NCBI GenBank assembly: GCA_034520665.1
Contig: JAXHNJ010000003.1
Coordinates: 11,057 to 75,056, forward strand
Reading direction: 5' to 3'
Source: Patescibacteria group bacterium
Lineage (GTDB): Bacteria; Patescibacteriota; Patescibacteriia; JAXHNJ01
DNA: 64,000 nucleotides
The notes under the pieces are model-generated. The model saw only the letters and a list, made by a program, of their open reading frames with translations. It searched no databases and was not told where the DNA came from. Both the position numbers and the translations under genes were made by a program. Numbering within the stretch: the stretch's first letter is position 1; each line of letters begins with the position of its first letter. Below, piece after piece: positions 46,541 through 56,246 of the stretch.

Positions 46541-47792
46541 TGTTTATTCTCTTTATATCCGCCCCTAAATCTTTTAATCGCCGGTCAATATCTTCATAGC
46601 CTCGGTCAATTATTTCGGCTTGGTCAATTTCAGTGGTGCCTTCGGCAATGAGCCCGGCAATAATAAGAGTAGCGCCGGCTCTAAGGTCAGGGCTTTTGAT
46701 AAATTGGCCAAAAAGCGGTGTCGGACCGGTAATTAAAACGCGGTGCGGATCGCAAATAGTAGCGTTAGCCCCCATTTTCATTAATTCTTTAATATGGCTC
46801 ATACGGTTTTCAAAAAGAGGGTCATGAATTAAGCTGGTGCCCGGGCATTGGGTGGCCAAAACGGAAAAAGGAGCCTGTAAATCTGTGGGAAACCCCGGAT
46901 AGGGCATGGTTTGCACTTTAAAAGATTTCAAGCTTCTGGATTTTTTTATTTTAATATAATTTTTTTTCTCTTCTAATTTTACACCGGCCGCTTTTAATTT
47001 TAATACTACGCTTTCCAGATGTTCCGACACCACTTGTTTGATAGTTAATTTCGAACGGGTAGCCGCAGCCATAACTGCAAAAGTGCCGGCTTCTATCTGA
47101 TCCGGTATAATTTTATAAGAACCGCCTTTTAATCTTTCAACTCCTCTTATTTTCAGAGTATGAGTGCCAATGCCTTTTATTCTAGCTCCGAATTTATTAA
47201 GAAAATTACACAAATCCTGCACATGTGGCTCAGCGGCCGCCATTTTAATAGTGGTCAGGCCTTGAGCTAAAACAGCAGCCATAATCGCGTTTTCTGTTGC
47301 AGTAACTGAAAATTCTGGTAAAATAATAGTAGAACCTTTGAGATTCTTAGCTTTTAAAATATACTCTTCGTTTTTTTGCTCTATTTTAGCCCCTAGTTTT
47401 TTAAAAACATACAAGTGAGTATCAATCGGTCGGCTACCAATAATACAGCCGCCGGGTTGGGGAATTCTTACCTCTTTGAAACGAGTCAAAAGAGGAGCTA
47501 ATAAAAGTATGGAAGAGCGCATGGCTTCAACTTTTTCTTTGTTCAACTGGTTAAAACTAATATCCCCGGCCGAAACTTTTACTACATTATTTTTAAAATT
47601 GACCGCCACTCCTAAACTCAACATAATTTCTATTAAAGTTCTGACATCGGCAATATTAGGCACATTTTTTATAACAAAATTTTTATCAGATAAAAGAGTA
47701 GCCGCTAGAATCGGAGTCGCCGCGTTTTTCATACCGGATATATTTATTTCTCCTTTAAGGGATTTACCACCCTCAATAACAAATTTAGACAT
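46533..47792 (-). CDS. murA: UDP-N-acetylglucosamine 1-carboxyvinyltransferase
   Basis: 419 aa. EPSP-synthase-like fold, MSKFVIEGGKSLKGEINISGMKNAATPILAATLL, catalytic Cys region (GGCIIGSRPID). Confidence 0.93.
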   Translation of the reverse strand: MSKFVIEGGKSLKGEINISGMKNAATPILAATLLSDKNFVIKNVPNIADVRTLIEIMLSLGVAVNFKNNVVKVSAGDISFNQLNKEKVEAMRSSILLLAPLLTRFKEVRIPQPGGCIIGSRPIDTHLYVFKKLGAKIEQKNEEYILKAKNLKGSTIILPEFSVTATENAIMAAVLAQGLTTIKMAAAEPHVQDLCNFLNKFGARIKGIGTHTLKIRGVERLKGGSYKIIPDQIEAGTFAVMAAATRSKLTIKQVVSEHLESVVLKLKAAGVKLEEKKNYIKIKKSRSLKSFKVQTMPYPGFPTDLQAPFSVLATQCPGTSLIHDPLFENRMSHIKELMKMGANATICDPHRVLITGPTPLFGQFIKSPDLRAGATLIIAGLIAEGTTEIDQAEIIDRGYEDIDRRLKDLGADIKRINNE

Positions 47793-47847
47793 ATTTTATA
47801 CAAATCAATTGTTTATATTTTAACTTTAATATTAAAATTAGTCAAAG

Positions 47848-49161
47848 ATGACGATTAAAAAAAGAAGAATATTTTACCTGGCGCTTTTTTTGGTATTTAT
47901 TATTTTGGCCCCGATAATAGTTTTATACGCTACCGGCTATAATTTTAATATTGGGCAGAAAAAATTCACTAAAACCGGTTTTCTGGCGCTTGATTCCTAC
48001 CCTCAAAACGCTGATATCTATATTGATAACACAATCACTAAAGAAAAAACCCCGGAAAAATTCCGCTACCTCAGCCCCAGGCTTTATAATATTAAGATTA
48101 AAAAAAGCGGCTATACTGACTGGTCAAAAAATTTAAAGATACTGCCAAACCTATCTACTTTTGCCGAAAAGATAGTTTTATTTTTAAAAAAGCCCTTAGC
48201 TGAAAATTTATTAGAAGAAAATATTACTCAATATAAAGTTTCCCCAAATGGTGAAAAAATAGCTCTTGTTATAAAAAAAAATGATTATCAAGTTTTAGTT
48301 ATTGACTTAAAAAATAAAAATAAAAAAGTGATTAAAAAGTCTATTAAGTCACCGATTACCCAAATCGAATGGATTGATAATTTTTTGTTTTTAGCCGGGA
48401 AAAATGAGGAAAAAAACGAGTACCAGATTATCAGTACCATTTATTCAGAAGAAATAAATCTTTCCGAAATTTCTGATAAAGAGTTTACAAAAATAGAGCC
48501 TTATAAAGATAACTTTTATACTTTATCGGAAAATATTCTTTACAAAATTGATTTATCAAATAAAAAATTAACTAGAGTTTCTGAAAAACAAGTAAGTGAT
48601 TTTACAGTCAAAAATAATATTTATTATATTGGAAAAAATAATCAAGAAAAGAATCTTTATCGTCTTGAAAACGATGAAGATAAAATAATAGACAATTTAA
48701 ACTATAAACTTAATTATCGTTTTATTAGTTTAAAAAATAATAATTTCATACTGGCTTCAGAAAATAATTTTTTTCTTTATAAAGATGAAAATATAAGAAT
48801 AAATTTTAATCAAAAAATTACAAAGGCTGAGATTTCTCCAGACAGTAAAAAATTAATGTATTATAATTCTCATGAAATTTGGCTTTATGACTGGGAAAAA
48901 GAAGAAAATCATTTAATTACTCGCATCAGTGAAGAAATAAAAAATTCTTTTTGGTATCCGCGCCACCATTACATAGTTTATGAAGCAGCTAATACTATTA
49001 AAGCCACCGAGGTAGATTTAAGAGATAAACGCAATCAAATCACTCTGTATGCGGCTTCTGAAAATATTGATTTTATTTCTTTGGTTTCAGAAAAATATTT
49101 ATCTTTGATAACCAAAAAAGAACCATTGTCGGTTCTTAAATTGCTAAAAATACAAAAATAA
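47848..49161 (+). CDS. membrane-anchored PEGA-domain protein with C-terminal beta-rich domain
   Basis: 437 aa. N-terminal TM, then a PEGA-like segment (ADIYIDN...TPEKF.YLSPRLYNIKIKKSGYTDW), remainder repeat-like beta structure. Confidence 0.45.
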   Translation: MTIKKRRIFYLALFLVFIILAPIIVLYATGYNFNIGQKKFTKTGFLALDSYPQNADIYIDNTITKEKTPEKFRYLSPRLYNIKIKKSGYTDWSKNLKILPNLSTFAEKIVLFLKKPLAENLLEENITQYKVSPNGEKIALVIKKNDYQVLVIDLKNKNKKVIKKSIKSPITQIEWIDNFLFLAGKNEEKNEYQIISTIYSEEINLSEISDKEFTKIEPYKDNFYTLSENILYKIDLSNKKLTRVSEKQVSDFTVKNNIYYIGKNNQEKNLYRLENDEDKIIDNLNYKLNYRFISLKNNNFILASENNFFLYKDENIRINFNQKITKAEISPDSKKLMYYNSHEIWLYDWEKEENHLITRISEEIKNSFWYPRHHYIVYEAANTIKATEVDLRDKRNQITLYAASENIDFISLVSEKYLSLITKKEPLSVLKLLKIQK

Positions 49162-49162
49162 T

Positions 49163-49882
49163 TTAGCTTTCGTTTTTTTCAGCCATAATTTTATTAGCCC
49201 GAAAGAGTGATTTAAAAGTGCCGGCATCAGTCCAGTTATTCTTAACCATAGCAAATTTCATCTTCTTATCTTTGATGTAATGATTATTAACGTCAGTAAT
49301 TTCTAGCTCTCCCCGATCAGAAGGTTTGAGGGTTTTGATAATTTCAAAAACATGATTATCATAGAGATAAAGCCCGGTCACGGCCAGGTTAGTGGCCGGA
49401 TTTTTCGGTTTTTCTTCAATCTTGGTAATTTTATCTCCCTCAACACTGGCTACGCCAAATCTTTCCGGATCGGCAACTTCTTTAATAAAAATCATTGATC
49501 CGTCTTGGTGTCGGGCAAAATCCTGCATTGGCGCGGCAAAATTATCAACAAAAATATTATCTCCCAAGATCACGGCTATTTTCTCTTCATCAGCAAAGTC
49601 ACGAGCCAAACCCAAGGCCTGGGCAATACCGCCGGCTTCTTCCTGGATTTCATAGGTTAGATTAACCCCAAATTCGCGGCCTGAACCGAGTAAATTAAGA
49701 AAATGACCGGCGTGTCCTGGTCCGGAAATAATTAGAATATCTTTAATACCGGCTCTAATCAGAGTTTCCAAAGGATAATAAATCATCGGCTTGTCATAAA
49801 CCGGTAATAAGTGTTTATTGGTTACTTTAGTGAGCGGCTCCAGGCGTGAACCGGTACCGCCAGCTAAGACTATTCCTTTCAT
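49163..49882 (-). CDS. rmlA: glucose-1-phosphate thymidylyltransferase-like sugar nucleotidyltransferase (short form)
   Basis: 239 aa. MKGIVLAGGTGSRLEPLT..K.LLPV nucleotidyltransferase signature; placed with rmlD and rmlB. Confidence 0.75.
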   Translation of the reverse strand: MKGIVLAGGTGSRLEPLTKVTNKHLLPVYDKPMIYYPLETLIRAGIKDILIISGPGHAGHFLNLLGSGREFGVNLTYEIQEEAGGIAQALGLARDFADEEKIAVILGDNIFVDNFAAPMQDFARHQDGSMIFIKEVADPERFGVASVEGDKITKIEEKPKNPATNLAVTGLYLYDNHVFEIIKTLKPSDRGELEITDVNNHYIKDKKMKFAMVKNNWTDAGTFKSLFRANKIMAEKNES

Positions 49883-49900
49883 AGTTTATATTCTATTATT

Positions 49901-50725
49901 TTATAAAATTTTTGTCAAAAACTCCCTTAAAGCCTCGGGCCACTTTCTCATCGGCTTTAGCTTATTATTATTTAAAATGGAATATTGGGGCCGCAAAGCT
50001 GGCCGGGGGAATTGATCAGAGGTAACCGGCAATAATTTTATTTCTTTTTGAGCTATTTTAAAAATGGCCCGGGCTAATTCATACCAGGTACATGAGCCAG
50101 CATTGGTGGTGTGATAAATGCCAAAATCCTGATTTTTTTCTATTATTTCTTTGGTTTTTTGAGCTAAATCTAAGGCGTGAGTCGGTGAGCCGTGCTGATC
50201 ATTAACTACTTTTATTTCCTTTTTTTTATCGGCCAAATCCAGCATAGTTTTAACAAAGTTAGGACCGTTTGGCCCGTAAAGCCAGGCCGTTCTTAAAATA
50301 TAAAAATTATCGGTTTGTTCCTGAATTAATTTTTCTCCTAATAATTTTGATTTACCATAAACACTAACCGGATCAGGAGTGTCGTTCTCATCATAGCCGG
50401 CTTTTTTTTGGCCGTTAAAGACATAATCGGTGCTGTAGTGAATTAGCTTAGAGCCGAACTGGCGGCAGTATTTAGCTAAAAAGCCGACTCCCCGTCCATT
50501 AACTTCATAAGCTAGCTCTTGATTATCTTGACAGGCATCAACATCAGTATAAGCAGCCGCGTTAATCACTAATTCCGGCGCTTCTTTTCTAAAAAAAGCT
50601 TCAATCATTTTTGGCTTAGTAATATCTAATTCATCTTTATCCAAGCCCAAAGGATAATAACCAGAAAACTCTGACATTAATTCAGAACCGAGCATACCTT
50701 GCGAGCCAATAATTAAAGTTTTCAT
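49901..50725 (-). CDS. rmlD: dTDP-4-dehydrorhamnose reductase
   Basis: 274 aa. Short-chain NAD(P) Rossmann fold (IIGSQGMLG) and YxxxK (YGKSK). Confidence 0.85.
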   Translation of the reverse strand: MKTLIIGSQGMLGSELMSEFSGYYPLGLDKDELDITKPKMIEAFFRKEAPELVINAAAYTDVDACQDNQELAYEVNGRGVGFLAKYCRQFGSKLIHYSTDYVFNGQKKAGYDENDTPDPVSVYGKSKLLGEKLIQEQTDNFYILRTAWLYGPNGPNFVKTMLDLADKKKEIKVVNDQHGSPTHALDLAQKTKEIIEKNQDFGIYHTTNAGSCTWYELARAIFKIAQKEIKLLPVTSDQFPRPALRPQYSILNNNKLKPMRKWPEALREFLTKIL

Positions 50726-51354
50726 GTGATCTGGTGATTAGTTATTTTTTTTATAAATTGATGATTCTTATTTATTTTCGGACCCAGACGCGGATATTTT
50801 TTAAATCTCTGATAAGCTTTTTTAAAGCTGGAAATGACCGGTTTTTTCTTTTTTTGATCAAAGGAGGTGCGCATATCAGCGTAGGCAATAATTTTTTCTT
50901 CAATAGTCTCGGCTAAAGTATTTCTATTTTTAAATATACCATATTTTTGGTTTGTTTTCTTATCTAGTCCAGCCCCACCCAGGTGAACCAGGCAAATTCG
51001 GGCCAAACTTTCCGGGTAGCCCTCTTTTTTTAAAATATTATAACCCCTCAGCCCGTGGTAAATAGCCGGCTCTATCTCTTTAGAGCCAGGGCTGCCGGTT
51101 TTCATCCGGCCGATATCATGGACAAAAGAGGCCGGTTTTAAATAATCTAAATTGACTAGAAATCCATTTTCAATAGCTAGGTGCGCGATTTTTTTGGCAA
51201 AATTATAAACCACCTGGCTGTGTTTCCAGGTATTATTAACTTCTTGGGGAATGGCATTCTGAGCGGCAATTTTCTGCATCAAAGACTTAATCACCGGTAG
51301 TGAATACTTTTTGGCTTGGTAATTAATTTTCTTATTTAGCTTTTTAGCCACCAT
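50722..51354 (-). CDS. HD-domain phosphohydrolase
   Basis: 210 aa. H..HS...FAKKIAHL...VHDIGR metal-binding H and HD motifs. Confidence 0.7.
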   Translation of the reverse strand: MVAKKLNKKINYQAKKYSLPVIKSLMQKIAAQNAIPQEVNNTWKHSQVVYNFAKKIAHLAIENGFLVNLDYLKPASFVHDIGRMKTGSPGSKEIEPAIYHGLRGYNILKKEGYPESLARICLVHLGGAGLDKKTNQKYGIFKNRNTLAETIEEKIIAYADMRTSFDQKKKKPVISSFKKAYQRFKKYPRLGPKINKNHQFIKKITNHQIT

Positions 51355-51360
51355 TTAAAT

Positions 51361-51816
51361 TTATTCAATCTTTAAAATACTCTCATCCTCCATATAATAA
51401 TTCCGAAAACTTGAATATTTATAATCGGCTGCGTTTTTAACCAATTTGGCCCGGACAGGGTTAAAGTGGATGTAATCTAATTTTTGTTTTAAAAATTTCA
51501 TAGAAAAAATATTTTCTATCCAGTTGCGGCTTTGCCAGAGTTTGTAATTTTGATTATTAATATTTTGAGCGCCTTTTTTAAAACACTTTATTATTTTACT
51601 AGGAGAAGAACCGGTCCCCAGACCGGTTCTGGCTATATATTTACTAAGCTCAGGCCTGGGGGCCAGAGCTTCTCGGTGATTTAGAGATTTAATAATCTGT
51701 TTAGCGGTAAATTCTTTAAAATCGCGCATAATGTCCGATATAGAATTTTTACCCTGTGGCCAAATAATTGTGTGTAAATGATTAGCAGAGATAAATCTTT
51801 TGTCTACGCGGTTTTA
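51361..51816 (-). pseudogene. REP-associated tyrosine transposase (RAYT) / IS200-like HUH Y1 transposase, 5'-truncated
   Basis: The ORF-track protein (51361-51729) carries the RAYT C-terminal signature LWQSRNW...DYIHFNPVRAKLVKNAADYKYSS with the catalytic Tyr. Reading upstream in frame gives ...SANHLHTIIWPQGKNSISDIM with the HUH motif (HLHTII), but no start codon before a stop at 51817-51819. The 5' end runs into REP-like palindromes. Confidence 0.65.
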
Positions 51817-51848
51817 TTTAAGAGCGGAGATAAATCTCCGCCTACGCG
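51784..51848 (+). repeat. two REP-like palindromes (variant cagagataaatcttttgtctacgcg, then gcggagataaatctccgcctacgcg) at the truncated 5' end of the RAYT pseudogene
   Basis: Same half-site GAGATAAATCT and a trailing CTACGCG. Confidence 0.75.
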
Positions 51849-51959
51849 TGAGAAAAAATTTTTATTTTTCGATATCCGTGAAACCGGTAATCTTTTGCTT
51901 ACGCGTAAACAAACATCCCTATCCGTATAGGTGGAGATCTCTATCTCTAACTCTTCAAA

Positions 51960-52041
51960 CGCGTAGCTGGAGATTTATCTCCAGATTTATATCCAGATTT
52001 CAATTCATCCTCATTACGCGTAGCTGGAGATTTATCTTCAA
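51960..52041 (-). repeat. two inverted-orientation REP copies (cgcgtagctggagatttatctccag, then cgcgtagctggagatttatcttca)
   Basis: Reverse complement of family 1, with GTAG leading the palindrome. Together with 51784-51848 this forms an inverted REP pair (REPIN-like) about 110 nt apart. Confidence 0.75.
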
Positions 52042-52343
52042 AGTTTAGAATAATTAATTTTCAAATATCTTATTAGCTGAACAAGTTCAGCACACCGCCG
52101 GCCTTTTTATCAAATTTCAGCTGGATAAGTTCAGCACACCGCCGGCTGTTTAATTAAATAACTCCTTAAGGTTAGCGGCTTCACAAAACTTGTTTTGGGC
52201 AAAAGGTAACTTGATAATTTTCAAACATCTTATTAGCTGAACAAGTTCAGCACACCGCCGGCCTTTTTATTAAATAGTTTGCTTTATACTAGGTAGATGC
52301 GGGTCATGGCCCTCATCTACGCCTGGTTTATTGTTTAATAATT

Positions 52344-53363
52344 TTATTTTTTATAGTGCTTTTCTTCCCATTGCTTAAAATGTTCACCGGATAATATTTT
52401 CTGCCACCAGTCCTGATTATTTTGATACCAGTTTATGGTTTTTTCTAAATTTTCTTTCAAAGAATATTTAGGTTCATAACCCAGTTGGTTTTTAGCTTTA
52501 GACCAGTCCACCGCGTAACGCCGGTCATGACCAGGCCGATCTTTAATATATTCTAAAGAATCTTTTTCTTTTTTATTCATAACTTTTAAAATCTGCCTGA
52601 TTAAATCTAAGTTAGAAATATCTTCGGTCATGCCACCAATGCAGTAAGTCTCCCCGATCTTGCCTTTTGCTAAAACTAAATCAATAGCCCGGCAATGATC
52701 AATGACATAAAGCCAGTCGCGAACATACAATCCATCACCATAGATGGGCACTTTTTTGCCTTTTAATAGATTAGTAATAGCTACCGGTAATAATTTTTCC
52801 GGATATTGATAAGGACCATAATTATTAGAAGTATTGGTAATAGTCACTGGTAAATTAAAAGACTTCCAGTAAGCTCTGACAAGGTGGTCAGAAGCGGCCT
52901 TGGAAGCTGAGTAGGGGCTGTTTGGTTTGAATTGGGTTTGTTCGTTAAATTTTTCTTGAGTATCTAAAGGCAAAGCGCCGTAAACCTCATCCGTAGAAAT
53001 ATGATGAAATCTCTGGCCGCCGTGTTTGACCGCCGCTTCTAGCAATACTTGGGTGCCAATAATATTAGTCTGGGTAAATTCGTGAGCGTAGCCCTGGATT
53101 GACCGGTCAACATGCGACTCAGCGGCAAAATGAATAATAGTATCAATATCTTTGACTAATTCATCGACTAACTTTTTATCACAGATATCCCCTTTGACAA
53201 ATTTATAATTTTTATTTTTTTCAATATCTTTGAGATTAGCCAAATTACCGCAATAAGTTAACTTATCCAGATTAATTATTTCGTCATCTGGATATTTTTT
53301 TAGCCAATAGTGGATAAAGTTAGAGCCGATGAATCCGGCTCCGCCGGTGATTAGTATTTTCAT
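52344..53363 (-). CDS. rmlB: dTDP-glucose 4,6-dehydratase
   Basis: 339 aa. MKILITGGAGFIGSNF, YxxxK (YSASKAASD), extended SDR. Confidence 0.92.
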   Translation of the reverse strand: MKILITGGAGFIGSNFIHYWLKKYPDDEIINLDKLTYCGNLANLKDIEKNKNYKFVKGDICDKKLVDELVKDIDTIIHFAAESHVDRSIQGYAHEFTQTNIIGTQVLLEAAVKHGGQRFHHISTDEVYGALPLDTQEKFNEQTQFKPNSPYSASKAASDHLVRAYWKSFNLPVTITNTSNNYGPYQYPEKLLPVAITNLLKGKKVPIYGDGLYVRDWLYVIDHCRAIDLVLAKGKIGETYCIGGMTEDISNLDLIRQILKVMNKKEKDSLEYIKDRPGHDRRYAVDWSKAKNQLGYEPKYSLKENLEKTINWYQNNQDWWQKILSGEHFKQWEEKHYKK

Positions 53364-53460
53364 GTTGTATTAATAAATTAATTTTTATTATATCTCAATC
53401 TCTTACACCATCTCAAGCGTAGTCGCGTTGGCATAACCTTATTTTCTATTTCATGATTAC

Positions 53461-53516
53461 GCCACTCCCGCCTGCCTTCGCCTAACGGCGAAGCCGTTGT
53501 CGGGCAGGAAAGTGGC
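53461..53516. repeat. nested GC-rich hairpin (gccact/agtggc, cctgcc/ggcagg, ttcgcc/ggcgaa)
   Basis: gccactcccgcctgccttcgcctaacggcgaagccgttgtcgggcaggaaagtggc; three coaxial stems. Confidence 0.6.
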
Positions 53517-53640
53517 TAGGAAAAAAGAAAATATTATTTTCATACGGACTTTAGTCCGGTCTATTTTCTTTACGCCACTATTATAGAGGAAAGATCCATG
53601 TGAATGTTTTAAAGGGATTTCTCTATGTTGTCGACCACCC

Positions 53641-53668
53641 GTAGATGTCAGTCGCGACTGACATCTAC
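53641..53668. repeat. 28-bp perfect palindrome GTAGATGTCAGTCG|CGACTGACATCTAC
   Basis: Exact reverse-complement symmetry over 28 nt; lies in a 486-nt non-coding insert between ahcY and rmlB. Confidence 0.85.
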
Positions 53669-53849
53669 TCTTTAATGATCGGAGGAAATGGGTAAAGGGG
53701 GTAAAAGCGGTCTAAATGGAGTAAAACTGTTATAGGCCTTGCTTGCCGGTGATTAGTAGTTTCATAATATGATAATAAATAAATCTTTTTAGTAGTGTGC
53801 GTAATCGAGACTGCCACGCTCATTTTATTCGCTGGCAGTGACTTTCAGT

Positions 53850-55106
53850 TTATGTGCCGACTGACCACGAAGCTAAATATTTTTTTTGCTCCGGGGTAAG
53901 TTTATCAATTTTCACACCCATAGCTTTTAATTTCATGCTGGCTACTTTTTCATCAATTTTTTGAGGCACGCCATAGACTTTATTAGTCAAATTCTGAGGC
54001 TCCCCGGCCACCCACTGGCAGCAAAGAGCCTGGTTAGCAAAACTCATGTCCATAACTGAAGCCGGATGACCTTCAGCGGCCGCTAAATTAATTAAACGTC
54101 CGCCCGCTAAAACATTAATTTTCTTATTGTTTTTTAAAGTATATTCTTTAACAAAATTTCTGGTGTCACGGCTGGATTTTGCCATCTTCTTTAGAGTTTT
54201 TAAATCTATTTCCACGTCAAAATGACCGGAATTACAGACCACGGCCTCGTTTTTCATCATCTCAAAATGTTTTTTTCTAATAACATTAATATCACCGGTC
54301 AAAGTGATAAAAATATCCCCAATTTTAGCGGCCTCGGCCATGGGCATGACTTGAAAGCCGTCCATAACCGCTTCAATGGCTTTAAGGGGATCAATTTCCG
54401 TGACAATAACATGAGCGCCCAGTCCTTTAGCTCGCATAGCCGCTCCCCGGCCACACCAGCCATAGCCGGCAATAACCACCTTCCGCCCGGCTAATAAAAT
54501 ATTGGTGGCCCGGATGATACCATCCATCGTGCTCTGGCCGGTGCCATAGCGGTTATCAAAAAAGTGTTTGGTGTTAGCGTCATTAACGGCCACTACCGGC
54601 AGTTTTAAGACTTTATTTTTGGCCATGCTTTTTAAGCGAATGACACCGGTAGTAGTTTCCTCCATAGAAGCGTAAATTTGCTTTATTTGGTCTTTTCTTT
54701 GGCGGTGAAGGGTAGACACCAAATCAGCCCCATCATCCAAGGTAATGACTGGTTTTTGGTCTAGAACGGCGTTTAAATGCTGATAATAAGTCTTTTTATT
54801 CTCGTTGTTAATAGCAAAGACCGGAATCTGGGAATTTTTAACCAGAGCGGCCGCTACCTCGTCCTGAGTGGATAATGGATTGGAAGCGCATAAATAAACC
54901 TTAGCCCCGCCAGCCTTTAAAGTGCGCATGAGATTGGCCGTTTCAGAAGTAACATGCAGACAAGCCCCGATTTTCAGGCCCTTTAAGGGTTTACTTTTTT
55001 TAAAATCATTTTTTATCTGGCGCAAAACATCCATTTGTTTTTCGGCCCACTCAATTCTAATTTCGCCTTGTTTGGCTAATTTAATCGATTTAATGTCGTA
55101 GTTCAT
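53850..55106 (-). CDS. ahcY: adenosylhomocysteinase
   Basis: 418 aa. NAD-binding GYGWCGRG and a conserved AdoHcyase C-terminus. Confidence 0.93.
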   Translation of the reverse strand: MNYDIKSIKLAKQGEIRIEWAEKQMDVLRQIKNDFKKSKPLKGLKIGACLHVTSETANLMRTLKAGGAKVYLCASNPLSTQDEVAAALVKNSQIPVFAINNENKKTYYQHLNAVLDQKPVITLDDGADLVSTLHRQRKDQIKQIYASMEETTTGVIRLKSMAKNKVLKLPVVAVNDANTKHFFDNRYGTGQSTMDGIIRATNILLAGRKVVIAGYGWCGRGAAMRAKGLGAHVIVTEIDPLKAIEAVMDGFQVMPMAEAAKIGDIFITLTGDINVIRKKHFEMMKNEAVVCNSGHFDVEIDLKTLKKMAKSSRDTRNFVKEYTLKNNKKINVLAGGRLINLAAAEGHPASVMDMSFANQALCCQWVAGEPQNLTNKVYGVPQKIDEKVASMKLKAMGVKIDKLTPEQKKYLASWSVGT

Positions 55107-56071
55107 AAATTTTGTTTAAAATTATTTTTATATCTTTTGGCTAAAGTTTTTTTACTAAATTTATGGGTCTGGGTGCCGTATTTTTCCACGGTGTAAACAC
55201 TGACCAAGCCAGCCAAGCGACCGACTTTTTCTAAGGGATAACCCTCTAATAATCCCTTGATTAGTCCGGCTCGGAAAGCATCACCAGCCCCGGTGGGATC
55301 AGAAGTATTTTTGGGCCGAGCAATCGGTATTTTTATCTTTTCTTTTTTAGTTTCAAATAATGACCCTTTTGGCCCAAGAGTAGTCACCAATAAATTTATT
55401 TTATCAAGAATTTTCTTTTTTGTCAGGCCGGTTTTTTTGAGCATTAATGACATTTCATAATCATTGGCAATAATTACCTGACTGCCTAAAATCCCCGGTT
55501 TTAATTCTTTTTTACTTAAATTAGTAATCTGCTGGCCAAAGTCAAAAACATAAGGCAAATTTATTGACTGAGCCATTTGGCAAGCCTTAATCATATCCTC
55601 TTTATTACCCGGAGCGACAATTAAATACCGGCATTTTTTTAAAACTGATTTTTTGATTGAACAAGCATTTTTCATGGCTCCCGGATAAAAGGCAGTAATT
55701 TGGTTATCATCTTGATCAGTAATAATATAAGCCGAGGCCGTTACCTCATTTTTATATATTTTAATATTGGCCAGACTAATTTTATTTTTTTGATACCATT
55801 TTTTATATTTATTAAAATCAGAACCGGCCTGGGAGAAAATAACCGGCTCCAACCCCAGTAATTTTAAGTTATAAGCAATATTGCCGCTACAGCCGCCAAA
55901 GCCTTCTTGAAAAGTATCAGCACAAAAACTGACATTGAGCATATGAATCTTATCCGGCATAATATGGTCTTTAAACCGCCCCGGAAAATTCATAATGCGG
56001 TCGTAGGCTATTGAACCAGTGACGGCTATTTTTGTATTTTTGGTCATAGTATTAATAAATTCAAAGCACAA
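55103..56071 (-). CDS. PfkB-family carbohydrate/nucleoside kinase (likely adenosine kinase, partner of ahcY)
   Basis: 322 aa. GG..N N-terminus, DPTGAGDAFRAG anion-hole motif; overlaps ahcY by 4 nt. Confidence 0.8.
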   Translation of the reverse strand: MCFEFINTMTKNTKIAVTGSIAYDRIMNFPGRFKDHIMPDKIHMLNVSFCADTFQEGFGGCSGNIAYNLKLLGLEPVIFSQAGSDFNKYKKWYQKNKISLANIKIYKNEVTASAYIITDQDDNQITAFYPGAMKNACSIKKSVLKKCRYLIVAPGNKEDMIKACQMAQSINLPYVFDFGQQITNLSKKELKPGILGSQVIIANDYEMSLMLKKTGLTKKKILDKINLLVTTLGPKGSLFETKKEKIKIPIARPKNTSDPTGAGDAFRAGLIKGLLEGYPLEKVGRLAGLVSVYTVEKYGTQTHKFSKKTLAKRYKNNFKQNL

Positions 56072-56202
56072 AGCTCAAAATTCAAAACAAATCCTAAATT
56101 ATAATATCTAAATTCAAAACTTTTGTAATATATAGGGTTTTGAATTTTAATTTTTAATTATTTGGTATTATTTTGTACTTTGAATTTTGAAATTTGAATT
56201 TA

Positions 56203-56246
56203 ACAAAACTAATTAACCAATCAACAAATTAACTATTCCTCTAACT
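56203..56246 (+). repeat. octamer array copy F (overlaps rmlC-like stop)
   Basis: aacaaaactaattaaccaatcaacaaattaactattcctctaact. Confidence 0.65.

Noticed and set aside
51800-52048. 82-aa plus-strand ORF at 51800-52048
   Set aside because: It lies entirely within the REP palindromes; its protein is low complexity, repeating the REP translation.
56072-56232. SAH riboswitch upstream of the ahcY operon
   Set aside because: The region is AT-rich repeats with none of the GC-rich SAH-element pseudoknot segments.
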